DNA of 64,000 nucleotides from Eukaryota sp. TZLM1-RC (taxonomy: Eukaryota > Protista > Metamonada: BaSk clade): assembly GCA_040285825.1 (NCBI GenBank), contig JAUPSS010000013.1, positions 372,001-436,000 of the forward strand, written 5' to 3'. Position numbers and translations under genes: made by a program. The first letter of the stretch is position 1, and every line of letters begins with the position of its first letter. The notes beneath the pieces are model-generated. The model saw nothing but the letters and a program-made list of their open reading frames with translations. It was not told where the DNA came from and ran no database searches. Of this stretch, positions 51,101 to 63,390 are shown in pieces.

Positions 51101-53889
51101 GTTGATCCATTTCACGATTTTCTTCTACAATTTGCTCATTAATTTGCTCATCAAGTTGCTCATCAAGTTGATCCATTTCACGATTTTCTTCTACAATTTG
51201 CTCATCAAGTTGCTCATCAAGTTGCTCATCAAGTTGATCCATTTCACGATTTTCTTCTACAATTTGCTCATTAATTTGCTCATCAATTTGCTCATCAAGT
51301 TGATCCATTTCACGATTTTCTTCTACAATTTGCTCATCAAGTTGCTCGTCAAGTTGATCCATTTCACGATTTTCTTCTACAATTTGCTCATTAATTTGCT
51401 CATCAAGTTGATCCATTTCACGATTTTCTTCTACAATTTGCTCATTAATTTGCTCATCAAGTTGATCCATTTCACGATTTTCTTCTACAATTTGCTCATT
51501 AATTTGCTCATCAAGTTGATCCATTTCACGATTTTCTTCTACAATTTGCTCATTAATTTGCTCATCAAGTTGATCCATTTCACGATTTTCTTCTACAATT
51601 TGCTCATTAATTTGCTCATCAAGTTGATCCATTTCACGATTTTCTTCTACAATTTGCTCATCAAGTTGCTCATCAAGTTGATCCATTTCACGATTTTCTT
51701 CTACAATTTGCTCATTAATTTGCTCATCAAGTTGATCCATTTCACGATTTTCTTCTACAATTTGCTCATTAATTTGCTCATCAAGTTGCTCATCAAGTTG
51801 ATCCATTTCACGATTTTTCTTCTACAATTTGCTCATCAATTTGCTCATCAAGTTGATCCATTTCACGATTTTCTTCTACAATTTGCTCATTAATTTGCTC
51901 ATCAAGTTGCTCATCAAGTTGATCCATTTCACGATTTTCTTCTACAATTTGCTCATTAATTTGCTCATCAAGTTGCTCATCAAGTTGATCCATTTCACGA
52001 TTTTCTTCTACAATTTGCTCATCAAGTTGCTCATCAAGTTGATCCATTTCACGATTTTCTTCTACAATTTGCTCATTAATTTGCTCATCAAGTTGCTCAT
52101 CAAGTTGATCCATTTCACGATTTTCTTCTACAATTTGCTCATTAATTTGCTCATCAAGTTGATCCATTTCACGATTTTCTTCTACAATTTGCTCATTAAT
52201 TTGCTCATCAAGTTGCTCATCAAGTTGATCCATTTCACGATTTTCTTCTACAATTTGCTCATTAATTTGCTCATCAAGTTGCTCATCAAGTTGATCCATT
52301 TCACGATTTTCTTCTACAATTTGCTCATTAATTTGCTCATCAAGTTGCTCATCAAGTTGATCCATTTCACGATTTTCTTCTACAATTTGCTCATCAAGTT
52401 GCTCTTTTTGACCTTGGCTTTTTGAACCAGGTACGTCACCAAGATTCAGGTAATTGAACCCTTCAATGAACCCCAAGTATTCCAAAAAATCACCAAATTC
52501 ATGAAGAGTCTCCCAGAATAAGGAAGTTGCAGATAGCTTGAATAACATCTCCATACTAGAAAATGAACCAATTAAGGAAAAACATTGAATTTTCGGACAA
52601 TTGAATAAAAAACTTTGTAATAAAGATACAAATTCCTCAACCGAATATTTCAGTTTGGGTGATAAGTGACACATAGAAAGGCTCACCAAGCGATCACTCA
52701 CGCCAGATTTGAAAATTTGGTGCAAAATTTCTGTGCCCAGTAAGCACTTATCCAGGACCAAATTTTCAACATGACCGAGAAGAAGTAACAAAGCATCAGT
52801 GGAATTTGAATAAAAGGTGCAACCGCTTAAATTAATAGATTTTAAATAAAAAAAAGAAGTTTTCAAGGCAAAGTCAGTGAAGCAGGAATCCGAAATTTTG
52901 GTGTATGACAAGTCCAAAGTTTGGAGGTGACACGTGTCATCAGCTCCATTTTGATCGAACATCGACAAAATCGACTCTGCAGTAACATCATTATGGGACA
53001 AGTCAATAGTTTTCAATAAGCTACGATTAATGGCTTTGGAAATCAACATCAAATGTGCAAAAGTCAAATGACAACCTGAAATTTTCAATGTGGAGAGAGA
53101 AGAGATCATGACAATTAATTTTGAAATATTGAGACACATGACATCTGTGAAATAATTTAGATTTAAATTCAATTCTTCCAACTCAATATTTGAAATATTT
53201 GACCAAAAATCGTGATGTGAACTGACACTTTCAAATTTTGAAACTAGTGTTTCACAAGCCTCAGCAGAGAGCTCTGTCCTCCCGAGATTTAAATATTTTA
53301 GTTGAATTAATTTAGATAATGAAACATTTTGTAATAGTAAATGAACAAAAGAACCGAAATCAGGATTATTGTACAGATTCAAATATTTTAAATTAAATAA
53401 ATTGACAACATTAATTAATAAATCCAAATCTGAATAATTCAAACTACAACCTATTAATGATAATGAAGCAAGATTGCAATTATAACAAATTGAAGGCAAA
53501 AATGTAGGACAAACACCAGTAAGTGAGAGAGTATTGAGAGTAAGATTAGGGTTAGGGTTGGGGTTGGGGTTGGGGTTTTGATGAATCAGCAAACCATTGA
53601 CAGAGAGAATTTGTACATTAGCAGTGGATAGTAGGGTGATGAAAGGATCTGGGAGGGAATGTAATTGAAGAAGAGGTGTGAAAGGGGAGGAACGAAGGAG
53701 AGAAAGTTGCGTAATGCGGATGGAACGTTTGACAAGGTGCTGGAGTAATGAAGAAAGGAACTGTTCATCAGGTACCAAATCCAAACAGATAGATAAGTGT
53801 TGAACGATAGTAAAAGGATCGATCGCAGAAATGACTGATTCATATGCCACTTCTGGGGAGGGAATGCTGAGTGAAGGAAGTGTTGTCAT
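48112..53889 (-). CDS. Leucine-rich-repeat protein (~1900 aa) with a long acidic tandem-repeat insert
   Basis: N-terminal LxxLxLxxN repeats, ~1150 aa of MDQLDEQINEQIVEENRE units and a unique C-terminus. The ORF breaks are single extra T bases in the GATTTTC run, probably errors. Confidence 0.8.
48961..52404 (-). repeat. Coding minisatellite, 54-nt unit with variable 12-nt modules (42/54/66 nt), roughly 60 units
   Basis: Directly visible. Confidence 0.97.
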
Positions 53890-55182
53890 TGGAATGTTGT
53901 AGTTGGATGTAGAATCAGAATATCAATTTCCAGTCATTCATTGGGGTTTGAGTAGACAAAAGCGTTAGTTAAGGTTTGTTGTTTAGCTTTAAAATGTGTA
54001 TATTTTCGGAATAAAAAATATAATATCTCACAATTGAAGCAAAATAAGTTAATGAAAAACTTAAAACTCTCTTTAATTCGAATAATTCAAATTATATTTT
54101 TAATTTAGATTTCAAAAATACCTTTAATGTTGTTAAGAGGTCATCAACATTATTATTATTATTAAACTTGAGTGAATGAAGTTTTCCAGAGTCACTATTG
54201 ATTTTTGTAAGGATTCAACAATTGATTTTTCAATTGAAATTCCGCTCTGCTTTGCTAAAAAGAGCAAAATCAAAAAGTACAACGAATCATTATCTCAGCT
54301 AGGGCGTGTAAATAAATAAATATGCATATTTTAATATTATTTAGCATATATTTGGAGTTAAAAACTTAAAATTTGAGTGAGTGAAGTTTTTCCAGTGTGT
54401 TCTTGGAAGGGAAGAACGTTGTCGTTAAGTTGACTTTATTTTGTTGACATTGTTTTAAATGAAAACATTTGAAAATGACACAACATGAATCACTATAAAT
54501 GAAATCATTGACATATGTTAGCCTTTTCCAACAAACAGATTTCCAATGAGTAAACAATTGACCCCAATCCACTCATCGTTTTTGAATACATTTTTAGTTT
54601 ACAAGTTGCTGATGGAGGAAAAGTCACCTCATCTTGTTAAAACCCGTAAAATTAAAATAAAACAATAGCAGCCTCTTCTTGTTTCTAGGCGATTCATGTG
54701 ATTTTCCAGTTCTAGACAGTATCACATCACTCATATCTTAAATTTGTTTTCGGTGTTATATTTCTTGATTTTCTTAACTCTGTCATAAATTTCTGTCATT
54801 TATTTTTGTTTAAGAATTTAAGTGCACGTAAGCCAAAAAAAGAATCTACTATTGCTCAGTATTTCTTCTTCGGTTGCCAGTGGTCACTGTTCATTAATGG
54901 TAACAAACGCAGTTAACGTTTGGATACTTAAGGATAGTTGTACGTTCTTTGTGTCAGCCATATCGAATAAATCAATCAAATTTGCCAATTCAGATTGTTT
55001 GATCTGAACAGAAATTTTATAGGTATCATTGATTTAAAGAAGAATATGATGCTCTATCCATATATGATAACAAAGAATAAGGAATAATTTATTAGAATTT
55101 CACCGGCCCTTATAAAGGCCATCACTAGTGAACTATGTTATATAAATATAAATGTACTAGACTAATTGTCCACAGTACAACA

Positions 55183-58100
55183 CTACCTTTTCCCTCTCTT
55201 AGATCTCGAACGAGAGCTACGAGTACTGACTGCAGGGGAATTAGTCTTAGATTTGGAATTAGAAGATACCTTCCGTTTCCTGGTAGTGTGAGGACTAATA
55301 GAGCGCAAATATGTTTGATATGCCTCAGTGCTTTTGACGTCAGCAACTGGGACAGACGAAGTCTCGCCGCCATACCAAACTGCGGTACAATAAGGAACTT
55401 TATTATTGTTCGAATCTACGTAATCAAAGTGATCTATAATTTTAACGATTACAGATTCTTCCATATCGCCAGCAGCAATATTCTTATGCCAATAAAGATC
55501 TTCTTTAGGGAAGTCTGAAAGGTATAGTTTACAATGATTTATACTTGCCGTAGACATCGAACCAGTGACAAGATTCTTGAGTAATAAACTTTTATTGGAT
55601 TTAACTTCTTCAACGAGAAAAGGGCCAGCGAAGCAACCATGGAGTTTACCATTAGTCTTTAATCGCAAAACTAAGTCACCTTTATTAAAAGGGTTCCTAT
55701 GTTTGTTAACTTCAGGCAGTTGTTGAGCTTGCCTGAGCTCTGCCTCTTCGCTCTTCTTTGAAATCCTTTCAAGTTTTGCTTCAAGATCTTTAACAAAGGG
55801 AATATTAACATTAGCTGATTTTATTAATTCAAACATATTACTAGGATCAGCTCTAGGGCTGTGGTCGCTACCAAACATTAAATTGTAGGGCGAATGACCA
55901 GTAACTCTACTAATGATGCCGTTAGGCAGATGAACACACGAAGAAGCGAGAGAAATCTAAGTTTATTAATAAAACTGATTCATAAATGAGTATCACGTCA
56001 TCAGTCGAAATACAAAGAAACCTACTAATTCAATATGAGTTCAACAACAACACTACTTTTTCCCACTTTTCTGAGGACAAATACAGTACTGGCTCAATAG
56101 AGGGAAGATATGGGGTTTGTTAAATTCTCCGGTGCATCGTTGGTATGAGAACGTTGGAGACCTACGGGAAGAATTCCTCTGGCAAATCGGTTCAGAAAAG
56201 CTATGTCTGGCAACTTCAGTCCGGAAGCCCTACTCTTTACCTGGAGGAAACGTCGCAGGTAACAGGACATGCGTTCTCGGACGTCACCAATACGGACATC
56301 AAGCTTCAGTTCTGACATAGCCAGACTAAAATCTTCGTACGTGACGAACGATACGACAGATTGTAGATGTCTGAGAAGAACATCGTCACTGGATGAGACG
56401 TCGGATTTCTGGAGAGATAGGACTCTAACAGAAAAGAATCGACCAAGAGTCTTGCTGGAACAAGCTCTTTCTTAGGAGTCACCGAAGAATAAATCTTTCA
56501 CTCCTATAGGAACAGAAGAACACTTACAACTTTCATGGAAGAAAGAGACGTCAGGTTAACAGAGGGATCAGTCATCTGAAATAAGAAGGGCCAATAATTA
56601 TTGATGCCGTTAGGCAGATGAACACACGAAGAAGCGAGAGAAATCTAAGTTTATTAATAAAACTGATTCATAAATGAGTATCACGTCATCAGTCGAAATA
56701 CAAAGAAACCTACTAATTCAATATGAGTTCAACAACAACACTAACAGTTGAATTGATTTGAAGTTGTACAATTGGGATATATTCACTCCAATTGCTATAA
56801 TCGCCAGAGTCCACCAAAATCTTTCTTAGACTTTGTAAAATGTCTCTGTGTCGTCTTTCTACTAAACCATTGCTTTGTGAAAAGCTAGTTAGTGAACGAC
56901 TTACTTCAATGTTTAATAAATCGCATAACCCTTTGAATATGGCATTTGCAAATTCAATACCATTGTCACTGTGAATCAACAGTGGGATACCAAAAATTGA
57001 TACTACACTCCATAGGAGGTGATTGGTTGCCTCCACTGCATTCAATTCCTTTACAGGGCAAATAATCGTATACCTGGTGAACGAGTCTACAAAAACTATT
57101 AAATATTTGAATCCATTATCATCTTGTTGTAATGGTCCAATAGTGTCTGCGTTTAATCGTGCAAAAGGTCGATCAGCCCAAAGAGAGCCAGATGATTCAA
57201 TGACATTTTTAGGCACATGCGCCGTCTTTTGACATGCTGGGCATCTCTTAATATGGTTAATCATGTCTTTGCGCATGTCGGGCCAAAAGTAATCACTATT
57301 GAGTAATTTCTTTACGCTAGTCGTCACACTAGGATGGCCAACATTTGCATGTCCATGAATGATAGTTGAAGTCTGCTTCTTTAAACTATCTGGGATGACA
57401 ATCTTCCCACGATTGTTGGTATACAATTGAATATCTGACTTATAATTGTAATCTTTATAATAATCAGGATTTGAATCAACATCTATAAGTTGTTCTTGCC
57501 TAATCTTTGAGATCCAAGTGTCAAATATATCAAATTTAGTATCCTCAACTGCTTCTTTCAGTGCAGATAAGCTATTGATCGTGGGTAGCTCAATTGTGGA
57601 CGGTTGAGTAATATCATCCCTTAACAAATTAACTCTAGTTAATAAATTTAAATAGGGTAATTGTTCTTCAACTCTGTGAGGTGCCAAGTTTCTCACTTGT
57701 TGGACTCGAGGAGTTTTGGGTTTGGTGTCAACCAATCTAGACAACATGTCTGCCCAATAATTCTCCTCGCCTGCAGTGTGGACTACATCAAAATTGAATT
57801 CTGACAATATTGGTAGCCACCTCTTCACAATTCTGTTCTTTTCAGGAGCTGATATGAGGTATGCTAAATTTCTATGATCAGTGAAAATAGTTAATTTCCT
57901 CGAAATTAAATAATTTTCTAAACTACTGTCAGTGAGAATTAGTAAAATTGCATACAACTCTTTCTGAAGTACAGACCAATTCTTTTGTGAAGTTGATAAT
58001 AATCTGCTAAAGAAGGCAATAGGTACAACCTTTCTCTTAATTAGCGGTGTCGTAGGATCTTTAGGTGGGTTAGCTTCTTGCCATATTACTCCACCTACAG

Positions 58101-61100
58101 CCACATCGGACGCGTCAGCACTTATTAAAATATGCTTGTCTTCTGAGGGCAGTTCAAAAGGGATATTTGCTTTGATAAGATTTATAATCTTACCAAAAGC
58201 CTCGTCATGATCAGGAGTCCACTTGATTTTTGACGGTTTGTTTCTGGTTAATTTGTTGATTGGTTCTATCAAGTCAGACAAATTTGGCAACCAGTCACGT
58301 ATATAATTGATCGATCCTATAAAACTCCTAACTTCAGGTAATGTCCTGGGTTTGGGTAGGTTGATCAGTCCCTCAATCCTAGATTCATCTATATAACGGG
58401 TTTTGTTTACAAAAATACTACCTAGAATTTTTATTTCATGTTTGCAAGAGGTAAAGCTACACTTGGGTAGGCCAAGGTTAACTCTAAAACGTTTGGCGCA
58501 TTCTAGGACCGTACCTACTCTAGATAGAAATTCATCCAGGGTCGAAGCTACTATTATTATATCATCGATATAAATAAATACGCCCTCAGAATCAAATATT
58601 TCCATCATCATGTTTTGGAAGACTGCAGGAACGTTCTTCAAACCAAAACAAGCCCTTTTAAAACTGATCGACATCCCGGGAATTGATACGGTAGTTTTAT
58701 CAATATCCTCTTCTGCAATTTTGAGCTGCCAAAATGCCTTAGGTAAATCTAGAGTTGCTATATAATTAGCTTTACTTAGAAACTCTAAAATATCGCTAAT
58801 CCTGGGCAAATTTGCCTCCACAGGTTTAGTTAAATCATTTACTCCACCAATACCACTAAAATCGCCAGTTAATCGTGGTTTCCTGTGATCAGGGTAAATC
58901 ACAAGACAAATGGGACTACTGAATTGAGACTTTGCGGGCACAGCAAATCCATTACGGATCAATTCGTTGAAAATTTCCTCGGCTACCCGTTGTTTTTCTG
59001 GGTTTAATCTTCGAGGTTTCCTTTTGACGACCTTACTTTCGTCATAAAATGGAATGGTCATCGGCTGACAATCAATTCCATCCGGGTGAGGTAGCCCACT
59101 AAATACATTTCTATATTTTTCGAGTAGCACGACTAGGCGTTCCTCATCCCTAATGTCATCCAGGCATATTCTACAGCCCAACTCATCTAACTCATGTCTA
59201 AATGTGGAATGCCCAAAATCATTACCTAAGTCTGATTTATTACTCAATTGTTCAATGAATCTAATTGGTTGACAAATTCTATTATCGAACTCACATTCAG
59301 CATTTAAGATGGTGCGATGTTCGCGATCCAAATTAATATTAAAACCGTGCTCCGTGCGTAGCCCCAAGGTTTGTAATAAGTCTCTTCCGATCAAAAAATT
59401 ATTGGTACCAGGAATGATCTGAAATTCGATCCTTAAAAACACTTGAGTGGCCAAGCTACCCACATTTAGAGCAAGAACACCACTTGCACATCCCAGGGTC
59501 GTGGAGCGAATACCATTTGCCGATAAGTATTCGACAGTCTTATTGTCATTAACTGTCATATTACATTTAGAGGCTAAATCCATTGATAATGCTGAAAATG
59601 CAGCTCCATTATCAATTTCGCCTTGTACTTCCACGTTATTTATGGTGCAGGTTAACCAAAGTTCCCCGTTAGAACTTTCTTGGTCCTCTGCTACCCTGGA
59701 TAGTCTAACACTGTGGATAGAACCCACAGGATTGGATGACTCTCTAAATCTTTTTAATGGATTTAGGTGATTATAATTCGAATCTGTTTTGCTCATTTTA
59801 TAAATGGATTTGATTGAATTATTTGTAAGGTTATTGTTTAAAGATGTATAATCATCTGATTTATTACTACTACTTTTACGTTTTCTATCACGTCTTTCAC
59901 CTCCTTGACGCTTTTTTGAACCAGGTCTTCCCACTAATTTAAAACATTTCTCTTTAGGATGTTTATTGGTTTTACATAAGTTACACCATTGCTCTGAAGG
60001 GATGGGTCGACTGCTTACTCTAGGGTTCTTAAAAGGACCTTTTGACTGGCTTCGTCCTTTTTGCGCAGGAGCGTGAGCACCAAAAGCTGTTCTTATCAAA
60101 TTCATGTCTTTGATCGAGGATTCAAGGCTATTGACCTTGTTAACAAATGCGTTACCTAAATCGTAAATCGCATCGCCCAGTTTCTCGTTACTTGAATCAA
60201 ACTTGCCAATCCAAATGATATATGTGTCCATCAATTGATTGTTTGTTTTGTCGTTAATAGTTTCGAGAAATTTCTTTGCTGGGTAGACGACAGACGGATT
60301 ACCATCCGTTCCAGGCATAATTGTAGAGCGTCGAATTATATATATGATCTGCTCCATGAAGGCTGTCCATGAAGATTCAGCAGTCATTTTGCGACTGATC
60401 TCAGGTGGTCTTACAGACCTTAAAGCCTTCTCAACATCGGTAGGGTATTTGTACTGGGTGCTGAGTAGCAAATATTCCCAGATTTCGGCGTCAGATGGGT
60501 TGTTGCCTAACACGTTTGTTCGGCCTCCATAAAAACTCTGCCATTCTGCGATGACCTTACCCTCGATCATAAATCTCAAATACAAAGGGTCCACTTCGAA
60601 GAACATAGATCTAACGAAGTCGTACTGATGAATAGGTTGACCGTATTTGGTGATCGGCGTAAATGCTCTGGTGGGTCCATCGCGATCCCTAACTGTTTTA
60701 GCCCAATTGCCAAAGTTAAGAACGAAGTCGAAGATCTTCTTGGCGTCAAACGCTTCATTTAACTTAACTAGGCATCTCAGTTTGTCGTCTATTCTTTTCC
60801 TCAATTTCTCCTCGTCTGTTACAGGAGTTCTATAAAGACCGAGGGTGTCGACGAGAGAATCTCTAGGAGCATTCGTTCCTAGGGGTTGCGTGGGTATAGA
60901 TGATTTTATAACAGATGCTTGTGTAGGAGTTGCTTCACAAGAAGCTCTCCTAGATGCCAGAGGCCCTACAGAAGGTGTAGTATATAGGTTCATATTCCTC
61001 TCTTCTGAAGGCAATGTTTCGCCCAACTTTATGATAAATCTTGTCTTAGGAGGTTCCTCCTGTACAGGTACAGTCTGGGCTGGTGGCCTTAAATCCACCC

Positions 61101-61428
61101 AATCTGGTGCATCTTTAGATCCTCTAGGGACCCCTGCTAGTTTATGATCATATGGAAGGCAACTGCTCTTTATTAAGACATTCTCAAAAACATTTTGGTC
61201 GGGCCAGCTATCAACCCATGCCTTAAGTTTAGCCATCCATGCATCAGGGTATACTAGTTTTAACTTGTTGGGGCCAACACGTTGCTCTTTCAATTCAATT
61301 ACCCTTGTGCCTATTTCTCTAATATAGGACTCTTTGGTATGAAATTGAAGGGTGTCACCTCGAGATTCATCGAATCTGCCCCCAAGCATAATAAAAATGT
61401 CCGCAATGGAATCTTTTTGGGTGTACAT
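55183..61428 (-). CDS. pol: Gag-Pol polyprotein (CCHC, protease, RT, RNase H, integrase, GPF, chromodomain), split by a TRIM insertion
   Basis: CNLCKTNKHPKEKC, IDNGA, FIYIDD, DASD, HGHANVGH..CPAC, DTIG/HSDNG/GLVER. Removing the TRIM restores QLQINSTVSRVTGHSPYNLMFG into ORF 55183-55878. Confidence 0.93.
55914..56740 (-). mobile_element. Miniature non-autonomous LTR element (TRIM/TR-GAG-like), copy 2
   Basis: Identical 139-bp LTRs at 55914-56052 and 56602-56740; TSD CTAA (55910-55913/56741-56744); PPT present. LTRs differ from copy 1 at 9 positions. Confidence 0.96.
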
Positions 61429-62665
61429 TCTCCACTAGGAAATGCCTTACGACGCCTCTAAGGTTTCTACCTTGTTGATTATGAGGGTACATCTTAGCTA
61501 TCCAAAATAGTCTGTCGTAAGCTTCTTGATTTCCACTGAAATATATTTTGTGGTCATCAATTGCATCCCTATGCCATTTGGCAGGCCTGGGAGTAGCAGC
61601 TTGATACTTTGAACGAGGTGCGTTAAAATAGCAATCCTCGACTGCACTCATTCCACACGAGACTGCCGAATCGGTAAGATCATCCAATCTCTTCAAAAGA
61701 TTTGGACTCTGATCATAACTTTCGTAGACGACGTCGTCAAGTGTTTTGCCGTGGGCTTCCCCAAAGAGGAAGGGCCAACGTTTCGCTAAATAGTCACGTC
61801 GGACCTTCTCACATTCGGCTGGGTCTACGTCTCCCGCAAGACGCTCTGACTCATTCTCAGCCATTTTTAATAATTCGTCATCACACCAATCCAGTATATC
61901 TTCGGGAGGATTGGCGATGAGGTCCAATAAGAAATCTCTAGTTACAGCCTCAACTGCCTTTGCTAATTTCCTGCGGTAAAGACCCTGAGAAGTCCTTTCC
62001 GTAGATGGGAAACTAGGAGTTGGATTAGGAGGATTGGGCGTATGAGGTGGTTCATCATCGCTCTCATCCCCTCTCCTGCTGTAGTTCTGATTAAGAGATC
62101 CTCTGGAATCACTTTGAGGTTCCTCACTTGAGCTGATGTCAGAAGTAGGTGAGGAGGGAGTTTTACGTGAGGAGCCAGTCGTAGACTGTTGCTCTCCTTC
62201 ACCTCCTTCACCTTCTGTACAAGCGTCAGATTTGGTACTTACAACAAACGCTTTGAATCTCCGTTGCTCGCTCGGAGTGAGAAAACTCTTCCTACAAGGA
62301 AGGAGCTCCGAGGAGTTGTCGGGGTATGTGTATAGTTCTGACACATCAACAACGTGGTTACCTCTCTCCGTATAAGGGAGGTGACTTCTTTTCTGGGAGG
62401 TGGGGCTCTCCTCAGTGTGAAGTTCACTCTCCTTATTGGGAAGGTGGCTTTCTTTCTGAGAGGCAATGCTCTTCTCAGCGGAAAGCTCACTCTCCTTTGG
62501 AGGATTACTCTTCCCGAAGGAAGGATTACTCTCCGTAAGTGGAGGATTACTCACCGAGGGCGGTGGATTGTTCTCCTTCAAAGAAGGGACATTACTCTTC
62601 CTCAGAGAGGAAGGAGAGTTATCATTGTGGCTATTCAAGCCATTAATTAATGATGCTCTATCCAT
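61367..62665 (-). CDS. Gypsy A upstream ORF (Ser/Pro-rich N-terminus plus globular domain of unknown function)
   Basis: About 430 open codons; ATG at 62665 lies inside the 5'LTR; overlaps the next ORF, which is in the +1 frame, at CACCCAAAAAGAT. Confidence 0.75.
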   Translation of the reverse strand: MDRASLINGLNSHNDNSPSSLRKSNVPSLKENNPPPSVSNPPLTESNPSFGKSNPPKESELSAEKSIASQKESHLPNKESELHTEESPTSQKRSHLPYTERGNHVVDVSELYTYPDNSSELLPCRKSFLTPSEQRRFKAFVVSTKSDACTEGEGGEGEQQSTTGSSRKTPSSPTSDISSSEEPQSDSRGSLNQNYSRRGDESDDEPPHTPNPPNPTPSFPSTERTSQGLYRRKLAKAVEAVTRDFLLDLIANPPEDILDWCDDELLKMAENESERLAGDVDPAECEKVRRDYLAKRWPFLFGEAHGKTLDDVVYESYDQSPNLLKRLDDLTDSAVSCGMSAVEDCYFNAPRSKYQAATPRPAKWHRDAIDDHKIYFSGNQEAYDRLFWIAKMYPHNQQGRNLRGVVRHFLVENVHPKRFHCGHFYYAWGQIR

Positions 62666-63174
62666 ATATGATAACAAAGAATAAGGAATAATTTATTAGA
62701 ATTTCACCGGCCCTTATAAAGGCCATCACTAGTGAACTATGTTATATAAATATAAATGTACTAGACTAATTGTCCACAGTACAACAAATATTCTTGTTCT
62801 GATTACCTAATCAAGCTGGAGCCTTAATTTCGGTTAATCATTTTTACTCTCGGTTGCTAACGTTCCTCTCAATTTGTATTCCACGTTACGTCCATCCAAC
62901 ATCTCCCTCTTTGATTTCACTGTTGTTCATGGTGACGAGGCAACTATTTTAGTCAGAGCATTTCTATTTTTGCGATGGAAGAATTGTTTCAAAAGTATAG
63001 CTTATTTTAGTAGAGAAATTCAGTATAACGAGAATTGTTTTTTCAGATGTTGTTGAGTTTATTAAAAATATAAATGCATTATGATGGTCTCAGAGCACCT
63101 TTCTTTATTTTACCTAAAATTTACCTAAAAGATAATATTTACTTAAATAAATAACAGATATGAAAATTTGAAAC

Positions 63175-63390
63175 TGGAAGAATTTTCAATCGTGTTTACT
63201 GGCAAGACGGGATTGTATTTTCTATTTTTAAAGGAATGGAAAAACTAATTTTTAATTCACTCTCTTCTTTTGGGAAATTTTCTGAATCTTTGGCAATTAA
63301 TTGTTTTGATGTAGGGGAGGCAGGTTTTGAGGTTGTGGAGTTTTAATTGTGTATTTTATGTTTTCATATTTCTTATTAAATGAATAAAAA
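63175..63390 (+). mobile_element. CRE family C 3' fragment
   Basis: Matches the reverse complement of 40020-40210. Confidence 0.85.

Larger units (their letters stand above)
55047..62786 (-). mobile_element. Full-length Ty3/Gypsy family A retrotransposon with chromodomain-like integrase tail
   Basis: Identical 136-bp LTRs at 55047-55182 and 62651-62786; TSD AATA (55043-55046/62787-62790); PPT AAGAGAGGGAAAAGGTAG. Confidence 0.97.

Noticed and set aside
48961-52404. CRISPR-like array
   Set aside because: No unique spacers and no cas genes; it is a coding tandem repeat in a eukaryotic gene.
48961-52425. Long + strand ORFs (LINLLIKLIHFTIFFYN repeats)
   Set aside because: Antisense shadow of the stop-free coding repeat; the ORFs begin and end with the array.
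53546-53575. Telomere-like TTAGGG x2 plus TTGGGG x3
   Set aside because: Only five imperfect units, in frame as (Asn-Pro)n within the LRR gene.
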